Source: Felis catus
Lineage: Eukaryota
Reading direction: 5' to 3'
Length of the DNA stretch: 64,000 nt
NCBI RefSeq assembly: GCF_018350175.1
Contig: NC_058368.1
Span: forward strand, 68,140,001 to 68,204,000
Shown here: piece by piece, positions 1-11,150 of the stretch
Numbering within the stretch: the first letter of the stretch is position 1
How the letters are laid out: the number at the start of each line of letters is the position of its first letter
The notes under the pieces: model-generated
Databases searched by the model: none
Told to the model about the DNA's origin: nothing
What the model saw: only the letters and a program-made list of their open reading frames with translations
Position numbers and translations under genes: made by a program

Positions 1-891
1 TCTGCCTCCCTTAACCATAAAATGGTTAAGAAATGAGGGAAAAAAGGAAAACTCTAATAGAGCAATGTTACTTAGAAAGGTAGAATAGCATGGGTATATT
101 TGAGGTTTCCTAGAGCACATGATGATTTGATGTTGGCTTGGGGTTGTAAGCCATTGCCTTAGAGGCCTAATAGGTGACTAATAAATAACTTCAGAAAATA
201 CTGTATGCCGAAATTTCATTTCTAAATATGATATCCCTGCAAAGTAAAAAAAAAAAAAATAGACTTTTAACAGGGACTATACTTCCTGGTGAAGCTGGTG
301 TCAGAGAATCTTCTGGTGATCTCAGATTCAGAATTCATGGATGATCTCTAGTTACACCTATTTAAATCATATGAAAACCACATGCATGTAGAATAGTAGG
401 TATTAAAGGACAGGGGCTGAGGTTGGCGTCTATGTGTCCTAGTTCCCAGCACTGGCTCCTGTATTTTAGAGATACAGTCAATGTTTTTTAAAAGCAGAGC
501 AAATAATTAGATCGCAAATCACATTCAGACTATTCACATTTGGCTTATAATCCCTTTTTCAAGGTGATTTTGAACACGACTGCAGAGTTTCTGCAGCTGA
601 GTGTGAGCCCATTGATACCATGAGACATGTTCAATGTTTCCTATGTTGAATGATGTTTAAAATGGGAGACTGGTTTTATACATCTATCATTGTGAATAGA
701 AGCAGCTGTACAACCTAACAATGTCTAGTATGAGAGATCCACAACATTATAAGCAAATTAACTCGAGTTTACTTGGCAGGAGAAAAAAAAAAAAAAAACT
801 GAATAAATCCACATAATCAGATGCTTCCTGTATGGGAGGAGAGTGGTTTTCTTTGCAAAATGTTTCATTTTTATTGTCACCTCTACTTTAG

Positions 892-1017
892 TTTTACCCA
901 AAATGATCCTTTGTGTCATTTTTTTTCTCTCCCCCCCCCCCCCACCCCCTCCGGCTTCCTCCTTTGGATGTGTATGAACCCTGTGAACTTGGCTCCTTCT
1001 CGCCGATGACAGGTAAG
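892..1017 (+). other. Candidate 3' splice site with long AG-exclusion zone, overlapping a 5' splice-site motif (CAG|GTAAG)
   Basis: No AG dinucleotide from 892 to 1010; long U/C tract; AG at 1011-1012 directly followed by GTAAGA. Confidence 0.45.
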
Positions 1018-2649
1018 AAAGGATAATTTTACTGCTTATATTTTTCTTTTGTGCTTCAGTTATATTTAGTAAGAAACATCATTTCTCTGTTCCACTGTTG
1101 TCCTTTAATATGCTGAGAATGTGCTCCTAAACTTGAAAACTGATATCTCTTAGGATGCCTCCGAGATGAAATCTTTAAATTATTGATGATACATGCTGTA
1201 CGTTGTTATTTAGATCATGTGTTGGTATTTGTATATCAAGGCGTTTTAGTAAGAGGGATGGGTTCCTAAAATCAGACTGTAAATTGATTCGTCATTCCCT
1301 GTTGACTCCTGTCATAACTTCTGATTTGATGTCCATTGGCAATGCTGCCTTATGTTTTCAAAGCTGAGCTTCCTTTTTTTCCACTAGCTTCATTGCCATC
1401 AAGTAGTTGGATACTTACAAAGATCAGGAAAATGCATTTGGTGAATAAGGACATGACCATGAAGCCTTTTGTCAATCAAATCATCTTTTATGTTGTAAAT
1501 AATCAGTACTGGCTGTAAGGTAGTGTTTTTTTTTTTTTTTTTAAGTGGAACATGCATTCAATTAAAATAATATTCTTGGCCACATTGAATGCTTCTACAC
1601 CAATTTTACTTTTGGTATAGGTGAATATATTTCATAACACCTACCCAAAATTTTTGGAATCCTTAAAAATCATTCCTTTTACCTTCGTGAGGAAAATAGA
1701 TTTAAAAAATTTCAAGAATGTATGCCTAATGGAATTCTATGTCTAAGACAGCATGCTTGCTCTTTGACGTATGTGTGCCTTATATACTGAAGAGGCCGGC
1801 TGGCAATGTGTGATGATATTCAGAAAGAGTCATGAGAAATAATAAATGATACTACAATGGGCATGCGAACCAAGCCATACCGTTAGGTTCTCTAAGATCT
1901 ATCTTTATATTATTGAAGTAAGAGGAAATAGCATTTCTAGCCTCTATTAGCTTTCTTCCCCCAAAGAACTGCCTTTGGAAGCTATGATTTAATGTTATAT
2001 CTTCAGCTTTTAACCAGGCTTTTTATAGCAAAATGACTACTTACAGAACAAACTACAGTTAGTAAATAGCTCTTCATGTTATTTGATGGCTCTTAATTCA
2101 TCAAGACACACAATAAACTTACAAGATTTTGTGCCAGGAATTTTTTTGCCTGTATATGTACAAACATATAGTTTTTCTCAAATTAGGAAAATAAAAGAAA
2201 ATCTGCTTCTATTTTTGACTCCCAACTAAGAAACCTAGAATTAAATTTTATTCTTAATTATAGTAACTAGTTCATCATAGTTCCTGGTGAAATTCTTTTT
2301 TTTTTTAAATATCTTTCCATGTTTTCTAAAAACACCCATCATTTTAATAGCACTGCTTATGGGTGTTGTAATACCATGAGTCTCTATCGTTAGTCAACAT
2401 TATAAATGGTAAATAATGGTATGGATCATAGTAAGACCTAATATTCTTTAAGAGTTTCTCAAATAGCATGCCCTGATATTAACTTGTGTAAATCACATGT
2501 GTGTACTTCTTGTCTGTTTGAACAGATTTTGTTGATATTTAGGGGAAAGAGTACATTTATATCATAGCGTATCAGATAATACTCTTAAAATATCCTCCTC
2601 CGTGTAGCTCAGTCTTTTTTTCTCTCTTCTTCTTACTTCTGTTCCTTCC

Positions 2650-5600
2650 TTCGTATGTATAAATATAAATTTCACTATGTTTTCTTATGTAGAATGAGTT
2701 AGCTCCATTTAGCCTTTCCACTCATACTCAACTCTGAGTCTTTCTTTGCATATTAAAGAAACCTGGAAATGCATTAAATAAGGACAAGTGTGTTACATTT
2801 CTGAGGATTAGGTCTTTCAGTTACAGAGGCAATAATTATAATCAATGGTACCAATTCTGGAGTTAGATTCTTTGAAACATACTTGGATTTGGCAGTAGCT
2901 GAACTTAATGCAATAGGAAAACATACATAATTAGCTCAGCCCCAGAATGTTAATTCTAGAACTATTCGGTGTTTGTGGTGTGCATCAGAATAAGGGCATC
3001 TGACATGTGTTTTCATGGTAGGAGAAGAAAGGACAACATGTGCACCCTAATCTGAACCTCAGAGAGTGAACTGAAATCTGAACTGTCCCAAGGAGTTCAG
3101 CTATACACAGATATTTTCAATGTATTTTTAAGGGTCGTAAACAGAAATAAATGTGCAAGGCAGAATTTTAGGGATAATAAGATGAATAAAATGAAAACAG
3201 TATTGCAGTGCTGAAAGATTTATGAGATGACTGTTTTGCATTGACCAGACTAAGAATGCATTTAAAATATTAATATGTGTACATATTACGGTTCTGAAAT
3301 GCCGAGGATATTTAAATGACATGATTATAGACCCTGTCTTCCTAAGTACCACACAACTGCATTTCATGGCTATGATATCACTTGAGAGACATATTTTATT
3401 GGCTCCACTGTATCATCTGATCTATAAATAGAACTCCCTAAAATGTCTACAGAGTGGTAATCTATTAAATACAGGATTTTCCACAGCATTCATTGGGTAG
3501 TAAGCAAACTCATAGCTAACCCCCACTCTGTTTCCACTATTGTGTTAACACAGGCTAACCTGCTTCAAATCTTCAGTCATATTGTACTATATGTTGTCTT
3601 AGCGATCAATACTGGGTCCATCTGGACAGCCTGGGTGAGCCATCTACAGTGCAAAGGACACTTGCTGCTATTGTGTATTTAGGACATGAGTGTGTGGCTT
3701 TTGACTGCTTGTGAGCTATTCTGAACACTTATCACAATGACTTCCTTGATACTCAGTCTGGGGTTACCGTAGGGTATAAGTTAGTTTTTAACATAATTTA
3801 TCTTCTTGGACCAGTTCTGAAGAAGACCCATGTTAATCTGAATATTATACTTTAGCTAATCAAGTTCAAATAGATTCCATTTATTTGAGTGAATTATCCC
3901 ATTATTTTTGCTAACTAAATGCATTTTGAAAGCTAAAAAAAAAAAAAAAATTGCTGAAAGTTATTCCCAGCACCATAAGCTTGCCATCTGGTATTTATCC
4001 TCATGGTTATTGTTTTCGTGTTCTGTGGTAGGTTGGAGGGACTCAGGGACACATTTCGTACCACCATTAAAGAAGAGCAGGAAAAGTGGAGAGATATTTT
4101 GTTTTCAAAGGGAGGAAGGAGATTTTCCTGTTACATGGTTATTAGTAACTTCGCAATTATAATATTAATGGGCATAAAATACCCAGAACAGTGCAGATGT
4201 ATGGTTATGAGACTTTGACAGGAGCATGGCAAGATGGGGGTTCCCAGTTGTCTGCCCCTGAATGTGTCACCTTTCGTAACTGGATAATCTGCGATCACCT
4301 GCCTGCATCCTCAGCTTGCATACTAATAGGCCTCTGGGCCCCATTGGGCCAGTTACAGTGGTGAGTTATACCCTAGCTGTTAGCAATATTTCCTAGTAGC
4401 CAGTTTGTAAACACATAGCCTCTTCCAGTCTCAGTGATGTGCTAAACCCTTCAATGAGACCATGGTCATGATACCTGTGCTCATCTTGCCCTCATTTCCA
4501 GATCTCTCAATTCCAGCCACTCTTGCTCAGAAGTGTGTCTCAAGGATCTCCTGGGCAACTTTGTTATTGCTTGCTTATTGTTTTCCACCCAGGGAATTAA
4601 TTCATTGTACAGTATGACTCCTAACTAATGTTTATTAATAAATCCTTCCACGGTACTTCCTCAACTATTCTCCTTTGCCAGGTAATCAATATAAACAAAT
4701 ACAGATCTTACATTTTTTTAGAGTCATGCCTCATTCTGACTGCTGCTCAGTAATTGGCTTGGCATTCAACATTCACGCAAGTTATGTTCTCATCTTTTCT
4801 TCCTTCCTTGTCTGTGCCTCCTGTGGAAGTACTTGGTACATAGTTGTTCCCAGCACATCAAAACTGACTTCACTTGAATAAAAAATCTCTAATATGTGTC
4901 CCAGCACCAGAAGTCTCACGCCTCTCTCGTAATTGTGACTAGACACTCCTGTACTTCTCTTCTGCTTCCCATGTTGGTTAGTATGTGATCCATAGGGACT
5001 TGATGGCCCATTGTTAGTTGATACGTCACATTTAGCAAGCATTAGTTTGTGACAGTCTGGCTACCTAATACTGTGAAGGTATGCTCTTGGTAATGAAGGC
5101 TGCTATCTTGTTGGGTCATTCGTGTCAATCTTTAGAGTAGCTTGGTAGGCGTCATCATCACCAGTGATTTTATTCTCCCATGTATGACAGAGACACTATT
5201 AAACTTTTGTTTCCTAGTGTATTTTTCAAAGGAAAAATTAAAAGCTAGTGTAAGAATGAAGTGGATCTAGTCTCAACCCAGATTTTGTTATGGGCTTGGC
5301 TCTCCTTATAAGGGTGTCCCATTGTGACTCTGCTAAGGGGTCTATTTATATACTAGAGGATGAAACATCCTGATTTTTCTTTTTCCATTTTACCTGTGGA
5401 TTGTAGGTGGCTTAGGTTGCTTTTGTTATTGTTGTTTTCTGCCCAGTATGGCCACTATGTCTTAACTACTATTTCACAAACACTGTCATTTTGTTGGTCA
5501 GTCCACACTCTAGAGACTTGGTTCATTCCTGTGGCTTTTCTGCCCAACCCACACGTTCTGCCAGCAGTACCACTCTTTCTGTGGCAATGGGACAGAATCT

Positions 5601-5860
5601 CCATTCTTTCAGCCAACTTTAGAGAGATTAGCATCTCATTTTGCTTCAAAGCATGTTCTATTAAGGAACATATACCAGTTATCAAGAAGCTGGGCTTAGG
5701 GCTAATGTATGATACTACTCTGTGTCATAGGTACATCTTCCTCCTTAATCTTGACTTGGTCCTATGTCAGAGGAAACACCCTTCAATTCCACTTTAGTAA
5801 GTTGAGGACTTTGCCTTTTGGGGCATTCTGTCTCCTCTTCCTTAAGAGTTTTAGTCCTAG
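2650..5860 (-). pseudogene. EBLL: Degraded bornavirus-like L protein (RdRp and capping/PRNTase domains)
   Basis: LKEEET 5846-5829 (LLREEET); SLIEHALKQ; ATYN-H ~5411-5396; GPSS 5009-4998 (GPSR); MYQVL 4841-4827 (IYQVV); motif A FVYIDY 4699-4682; motif B GIMTM..EGF 4475-4444; motif C AGC TAG GGT -AT AAC 4378-4365 (from G-Q-G-D-N); FRG 4262-4254; LFFNG 4077-4063; RLTW 3839-3828; YQGS 3751-3740; LT[H]RL ~3640-3624; AFLVWSMQNSHLI in ORF 3128..3367 (SFLMKVFQDSALL); CFPIA 2923-2909 (CLPLA). Confidence 0.85.
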
Positions 5861-5899
5861 TGTCTACAGATGGATGATCAGTCCCAAGATACGCTCACC

Positions 5900-6240
5900 A
5901 TTTCTAACAGGGAAATTTAATTTTTTTGAAGAATGGCTTTTGCTGAGACCCTAATACATATATGTGGGCATATAACTGAGTTTGAACTCCTCTATGACTT
6001 TTAAACACAAATTAAAATTGATTTGAGTCTTCTTGTATATTGACAGGATGTACAGTAGCTTCCCTTTTGGGGATCCTTCCTCTCTTAAAACTTCCTTGAA
6101 ACCTGAGGGCTTATCCGATCCAAATGGGGGCTGAAAGGTCAGTTCAATTTCCATTATAAGAGCAGAGAGATTGAATCCTCTTCAGTTTGCTAATGCTATT
6201 GCTTGAGGCTGCCAAGTTTGGTGGCTGTTGACAAAATCAT
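5900..6240 (-). pseudogene. EBLM: Degraded bornavirus-like matrix protein M
   Basis: ORF 5951..6154(-) plus upstream codons: ALIMEIEL (BoDV TLMLEIDF), PFGSDK (PFLSVK), LYILSIYK (LNSLSVYK), FKLSYM (FNVFSYR). Confidence 0.75.
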
Positions 6241-6960
6241 GCTCCCTGCTCTGACAGATGCTGCTAATTCACATCTCCACACTGGCCAAGGGCACTCTGC
6301 CAATGTTGACTTTTGAGCGAGGACAACTTTAATTTCTCAGAGCCATGCTCCAAAAAAGTTGCCCTTCACTTGGCTTCCCAAGGTCATGGTTCTTGCTGTT
6401 CAGTTCGTTTAGTCCGTTTTCAGAACTAGAACCATTGTTTTCTTCCTGCCCCTGGAGACCTGTACCTAGAGATTGGGCACTTTTTCTCTTTTTGTTCTTG
6501 GTACGGAGAAGGTTTCACTGTACCCATTTCCCAGATAGTTCACCTTTCTGAGGGAGGTTACCTTAAAGATTGTAGGCATCCCTCTATTCATCCTTCTCAA
6601 AGTTCCCCTCAAGGATTTCAAAGAAATTCTCTGATGGCTCTCTTAATAGAATATTAAAAAGAAAAAAAAAACATAACAGAGCATTTGGCTGCATATATAC
6701 CTAATAATGATAACCATTTAGGTTTTAGAATGTTTTTCAGGATGTTTTATACTGACTCATTATCACGTTTATTCTGCACAACCACTCTCAATATCAATGT
6801 TACCATATTCCTTGGGGACAGTATGTGGCACAGTGTGGGATACCTCTTCTTTGGAGTGGTATTGGCACTCATTAGCTCAAATAAATTAATGCTATCCTCT
6901 TGACCTTGATAATGATGGGGAAAAGTTAATATCTTAACTTATGAACTGAACTTCATGTTT
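6200..6960 (-). pseudogene. EBLG: Degraded bornavirus-like glycoprotein G
   Basis: Possible ATG at 6956. LCH at 6833-6825 (BoDV RRLCHT); *KTF* at 6739-6725 (CKTYW); EGCLQS at 6584-6567 (EGRLQT); LRKVNYLG (LKRV..YFLG); WL*E at 6345-6334 (WLRD). Much of the middle of G is deleted. Confidence 0.75.
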
Positions 6961-9159
6961 CCTCCATAGCAAAATATTAATTATACTGTGATTTTGCTTT
7001 GCCAAAAGCTCTGAAAAAAGGGTAGGTTTTCTTTCTCTTGTGGTCTTTTTTTTTTTTTTTATGGTCATGTCTTTTTAACTTCAAATGACATGTGCTGCAA
7101 ATTGGAGTAGAATGATAAAAAGATAGAGGGAAGTATAGAAAGTTATGAGAAACATTATGGCTTATTAAAGTATGAATATCAATATCTCACATTTTAAAGC
7201 AAATATAAGGACTATTATAATTTTTCAGAATGGCTAAATGAATTACTGAAGATCTCATGGTCCTGCTTAAAAGCCATCAGTTCAGAGTCAGACTTCAAAC
7301 ATACTGTCCTTAATCTCTGTCCATGTCTTTGCTCTGTGCTGATGACTCTTGGTCTTTGTGATATATCAGAATAACCTTAGGAGCCTATAGGATTAGAGGT
7401 GCCTAGAACTGCCACATATTTACTAAATCACAATCTCTCAAGATAGCTTTTGTCAAGCTCTACTGGCAATTTTGCAACAACCTTTTGGAATCACCAAAAA
7501 TACGTATACATACATGAGGGAAAGGATAAGAAAAGAGAAATGATGTTGAGCACATGTCCCAGCACATATACTGGAGGGACTCCCTCAGTATGCTTCTATT
7601 AACAAAGAGGTAATAAGATGACTGCTTTCTTGCTACTGGTCCCACTGATAGTCTGTGCTTCAGCATAACCAGTATTGTTGGGAGCCTTTTCTTTGAGATG
7701 TCTCTTTGATATGCGCTTTGATATAGCAATATGATGAATAAGTAGGAACAGTTTTGCCCCAAGGACAAATCGAGTTTGACTGCATACAGTGGATGGTGTC
7801 TGGTTACTTTACGCCATCCTTTCCATTTCTCCTATACTCACTCCTGCTTCTTCGCCTCCCCCTTCCAACCTGCTGCTTTTCTTCTCTTATTCTGTCTTGT
7901 CATCTTTTTCATTCCTCTTGACTGATATTATACTGTTTCCTTTTCCACAATCACCCTGAGGGGGATTTTTATGTTTTTTCCATAGCCCATTTATAACACT
8001 CAGTTCTTGTTAAATGGATTCAAGAATTTATTGGCACAGAATTCATTAATGGAAGGAGATTCCCTCTTTTAATACTAGCTGAGGATACTATGTATGAGGA
8101 TTTTTGTTTTGAGGGCTGTTGCCACTTGTAAGAAATATCCCTCCTGTGTTTTTATCTTTATTTTTGGCTAGTTAGCGGTTCCCCTCTTGCCAGTATTTTA
8201 TAAGGGTCCTCGTTAAGAAAAAATGCCATTACCTCCTTAGAATTTTAACAGTGCCTTACACACAGCGAACTTGTGGTTCTCCATCTTAGGTGGAAAGAGT
8301 TGATGAGGAAAATAGCCACAGAATAAGTGGAGAGATTGTTTTTGTGTTGTTGATGGCTTCTTTGAGTAACTTCTTTAGTCCTGCTCAAGCTAAGATTATT
8401 AACAGCTTAATGAAAGAGCATATTGCCTCTTTACTTAAAGAGCCATTTAATGAAGACTCTAATATAATCTCAGCCTGGGGCAGTGGGAGTGTAATTGATA
8501 TGACTTCATAGGGCCATGAGTTGTTAGTTGTGTAAATGTGTGGCCAAGACCTGAATCTTAGTATTTTTGAATATAATCCTTTGCATGCCACTAAGACTAG
8601 ATTTCTGATAAATATAAATACAGAACAAAGCATGCTTTTTTTTTTTTTGTAACTCATTAAGGTTTAGATTTATTCTCACGTACCTGCTACCCTTAGGAAC
8701 AGACCAGTGGTTCTTATCCCATGAAGCCTGGACACAAGGTAGGCATGAGCAACATGCTCTGAGTCTGAGACATCCTTGGTTGAGCCTCTTGGATAACTGG
8801 GCCATTTAGGGGTGATGGACAGAGGCAGAAGCACTCATAAGTGGAATGTGGAATCAAGACTGCTGTCTGGGCCACATTAGAAGAAGAGGGCAAGAAAAAA
8901 AAGGGAGTGATTCTAAGAGCACTCACTACAGTCAACAGTTCCAAGAACAGGGCTATGCTCTAATCCAATTCCACCTAAAATCCTTTTTATCCCTGAGGGG
9001 GAATTCCTGAAGTCTCCACCCCTGACTCCAGTGGCCACATTCTATTCCTGGTACTCATTTTATCTTTGACTCTGGGGAAATTCCATACTACCTTGGAATG
9101 GAGTAAAGACCACGGGAGAGAACATCTGACGTTCCTCGAAATCCCTCTGTGAGGCTCTG

Positions 9160-9480
9160 GGAACTTGTTTCCAAAATGGCCACCATCCACCCCTCCCCTC
9201 CCTTGTATGCTCATGCCACTTTACCCATCAAGAGGTGGAATCTTTATTCCCTGTCCTTGAATGGGCTAGCCTTCCAGCAGGCTTCAACCAGTAGAGTTTA
9301 GCAGATGTGACATTCTCGGTCTTCTTCCCTCTTGGAAGCTGGCTGCCAAGCAAGAGTGACAACTTAAGAAGACAAGGCTCATGCAATGTAGAGGCTTTGT
9401 GGGAAGAGGCCTGCCCCACACCTCTCTCCAGCTTGTCCAACCACCACAGGTGAAATGTCAGACATATGAATGAAAATTTG
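9160..9480 (+). mobile_element. MaLR LTR fragment (MLT1E/F-like)
   Basis: CCCATCAAGAGGTGGAATCT...CCTTGAATGGGCTAGCC resembles the MLT1E/F consensus. Confidence 0.55.
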
Positions 9481-9544
9481 GACTGTGATGAACTGGGTTG
9501 TTCATTTTCTTCTCCATGTGGTGCCTTCTAGTGTTGAGTGTCTC

Positions 9545-9865
9545 AGTAGATTTGCCAATTCTGGACATCACATATAATTGGAATCACACAATACATGGTC
9601 TTTTGTGGCTGGCTTCTTTCATTTAGCAACCATGTTGCAGGTTTTGAAGGTCTACCCATGTTGTAGCATATATCAGTACTTTATTCCTTTGTATTGCCAA
9701 ATGTCATTCCACTGTATGGGTATACCATAGTTTCTTTATTCATTGATTTGGGTTGTTTCCACACTTTGGTCATTGTGAGTAATGCTGCTATGAACATTCA
9801 TGTATAAGTTTTTGTATGGTTGCATGTTTTCAGTTTCCTTGGGTATCCACTTGTGAGTGGAATGA
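9545..9865 (-). mobile_element. Old L1 (L1MB/L1MC-like) 3' fragment
   Basis: Antisense L1 3' end text, e.g. GGCTTCTTTCATTTAGC...GTTGTTTCCACACTTTGG...AATGCTGCTATGAACATTCATGTA. Confidence 0.75.
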
Positions 9866-9890
9866 CTTCTGTTTTAAAAGGACCACTCTT

Positions 9891-10016
9891 AAGGCGCCTG
9901 GGTGGCTCAGTTGGTTAAGCATCCAACTCTTGATTTCTGCTCAGGTCATGATCTCATGGCTCACGGGTTTGAGCCCCAGGTTGGGCTCTGAGCTGACAGT
10001 ATGGAGCGTGCTTGGG

Positions 10017-10063
<47 letters not shown>

Positions 10064-10100
10064 CATCCCCCTCAACAAATAAACAAACTTAAAAAAAAAA
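9891..10100 (+). mobile_element. Can-SINE (SINEC)
   Basis: tRNA-derived head GGCGCCTGGGTGGCTCAG, (CT)n, A tail. TSD AAAAG[G/T]ACCACTCTT at 9876-9890 and 10097-10111. Confidence 0.95.
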
Positions 10101-10949
10101 GTACCACTCTTGTCTGCTATGATGAGAATAGATTGAAGGGGGTTAAAAGTAAAGGTTTTTGCAGTAATCCAGATGCGAGAGGATGGTGACCTGCAAGTTT
10201 TCGACCAACCACAAGTCCTGGGACATGACTGAGCTGCGGCCCCTGGTGATAGCCATTGCTCAGGATGGTGCCATAACAACATATCAACAAGTCTGCCTGC
10301 CATCCTGAAGATGGCATGAAAAGCCCCACGTTTAATGGATTAGCTGTCTGTGGCATTTGTTTTCTAGAGAGAGTTTCTATTCATAGATCTAATGATACTG
10401 CACTGGATCAATATGAAATCTATTAAAATGCAATTGTCCAATAATGTTAGAGCCATAAAGCATAACTGTAGTTGGCTTGCAAAAATAAATTTGTGGCCAT
10501 ATTATTTAAATGCTTTCACCAATTGTGGGCTTCCTTGGCTGTGAAATGCATTGCAATTTATGACACTCTTGGCAATCTTAATTTCTCTCTGGTAGAATGA
10601 AAGTTTGGGAGGAAGGAATTGTGGGAAGAAATGGATAGGGCCAGAAAAAAATAGAGCCCACACATCTGACTATAGAATGTCTTCTAATGGTGATGAGAGA
10701 GAGAGAGACAGAGATGTCTCAACCCACATCTGTCGAGTTTTGACGCCACAGTTGATGACACCCTTGGTATACTGTGCCTGTGCTGTGGCTTAGAACCTAA
10801 TGGTCTGTTTGCTTAATAGAGGAGTGTCTATTCTTTGAGCACCTATAGTACATAAAATTGGTTTCTAAATAAGGGAAAGTGGAATTAAGTGTATTGAGTG
10901 CCTACTACTATATATACTTTTACACTTTGACCTTCGTTATACTCTCTGA

Positions 10950-11150
10950 GTGGATGCTGTGGTTAAGAGAATAGGTTCTGGAGCCAAACTCCCTGACTTC
11001 AAATTCCAGCTCCTGCCACTTATTAACTGCTATTTTGGGGCACGTAAGATATTCCCTTATCTATAAATGGGGATAATACTGATCACCTACCACACAGGGC
11101 AGCTGTGAGGATTAATATATTCAAAGCATTTAGAGCAGAGCCTGGCCCAG
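10950..11150 (+). mobile_element. MIR SINE
   Basis: GTGGTTAAGAG...TTCAAATTCCAGCTC..GCCACTTATTAACTG...TCTATAAATGGGGATAATA core. Confidence 0.75.

Larger units (their letters stand above)
2650..6960 (-). mobile_element. Endogenous bornavirus-like element (composite EBLG-EBLM-EBLL, G-M-L order)
   Basis: Minus-strand hand translation gives more than 20 short motifs resembling bornaviral G, M and L (compared with BoDV-1 from memory), all in the correct collinear order. They are interrupted by stops, frameshifts and deletions. Ends are approximate. Confidence 0.85.

Noticed and set aside
4782..5042. KQKRS followed by a hydrophobic stretch, suggesting a retroviral env furin site and fusion peptide
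   Set aside because: The same ORF carries GPSS, RLLVL and MYQVL in the order expected for bornaviral L, and the flanks continue as RdRp motifs.
5360..5797. 145-aa plus-strand ORF with a leucine-rich, signal-like segment
   Set aside because: It is antisense to the EBLL and has no recognisable homology or splice context.
9891..9970. tRNA genes at SINE heads
   Set aside because: The A/B-box-like sequences are the tRNA-derived heads of Can-SINEs, not tRNA genes.
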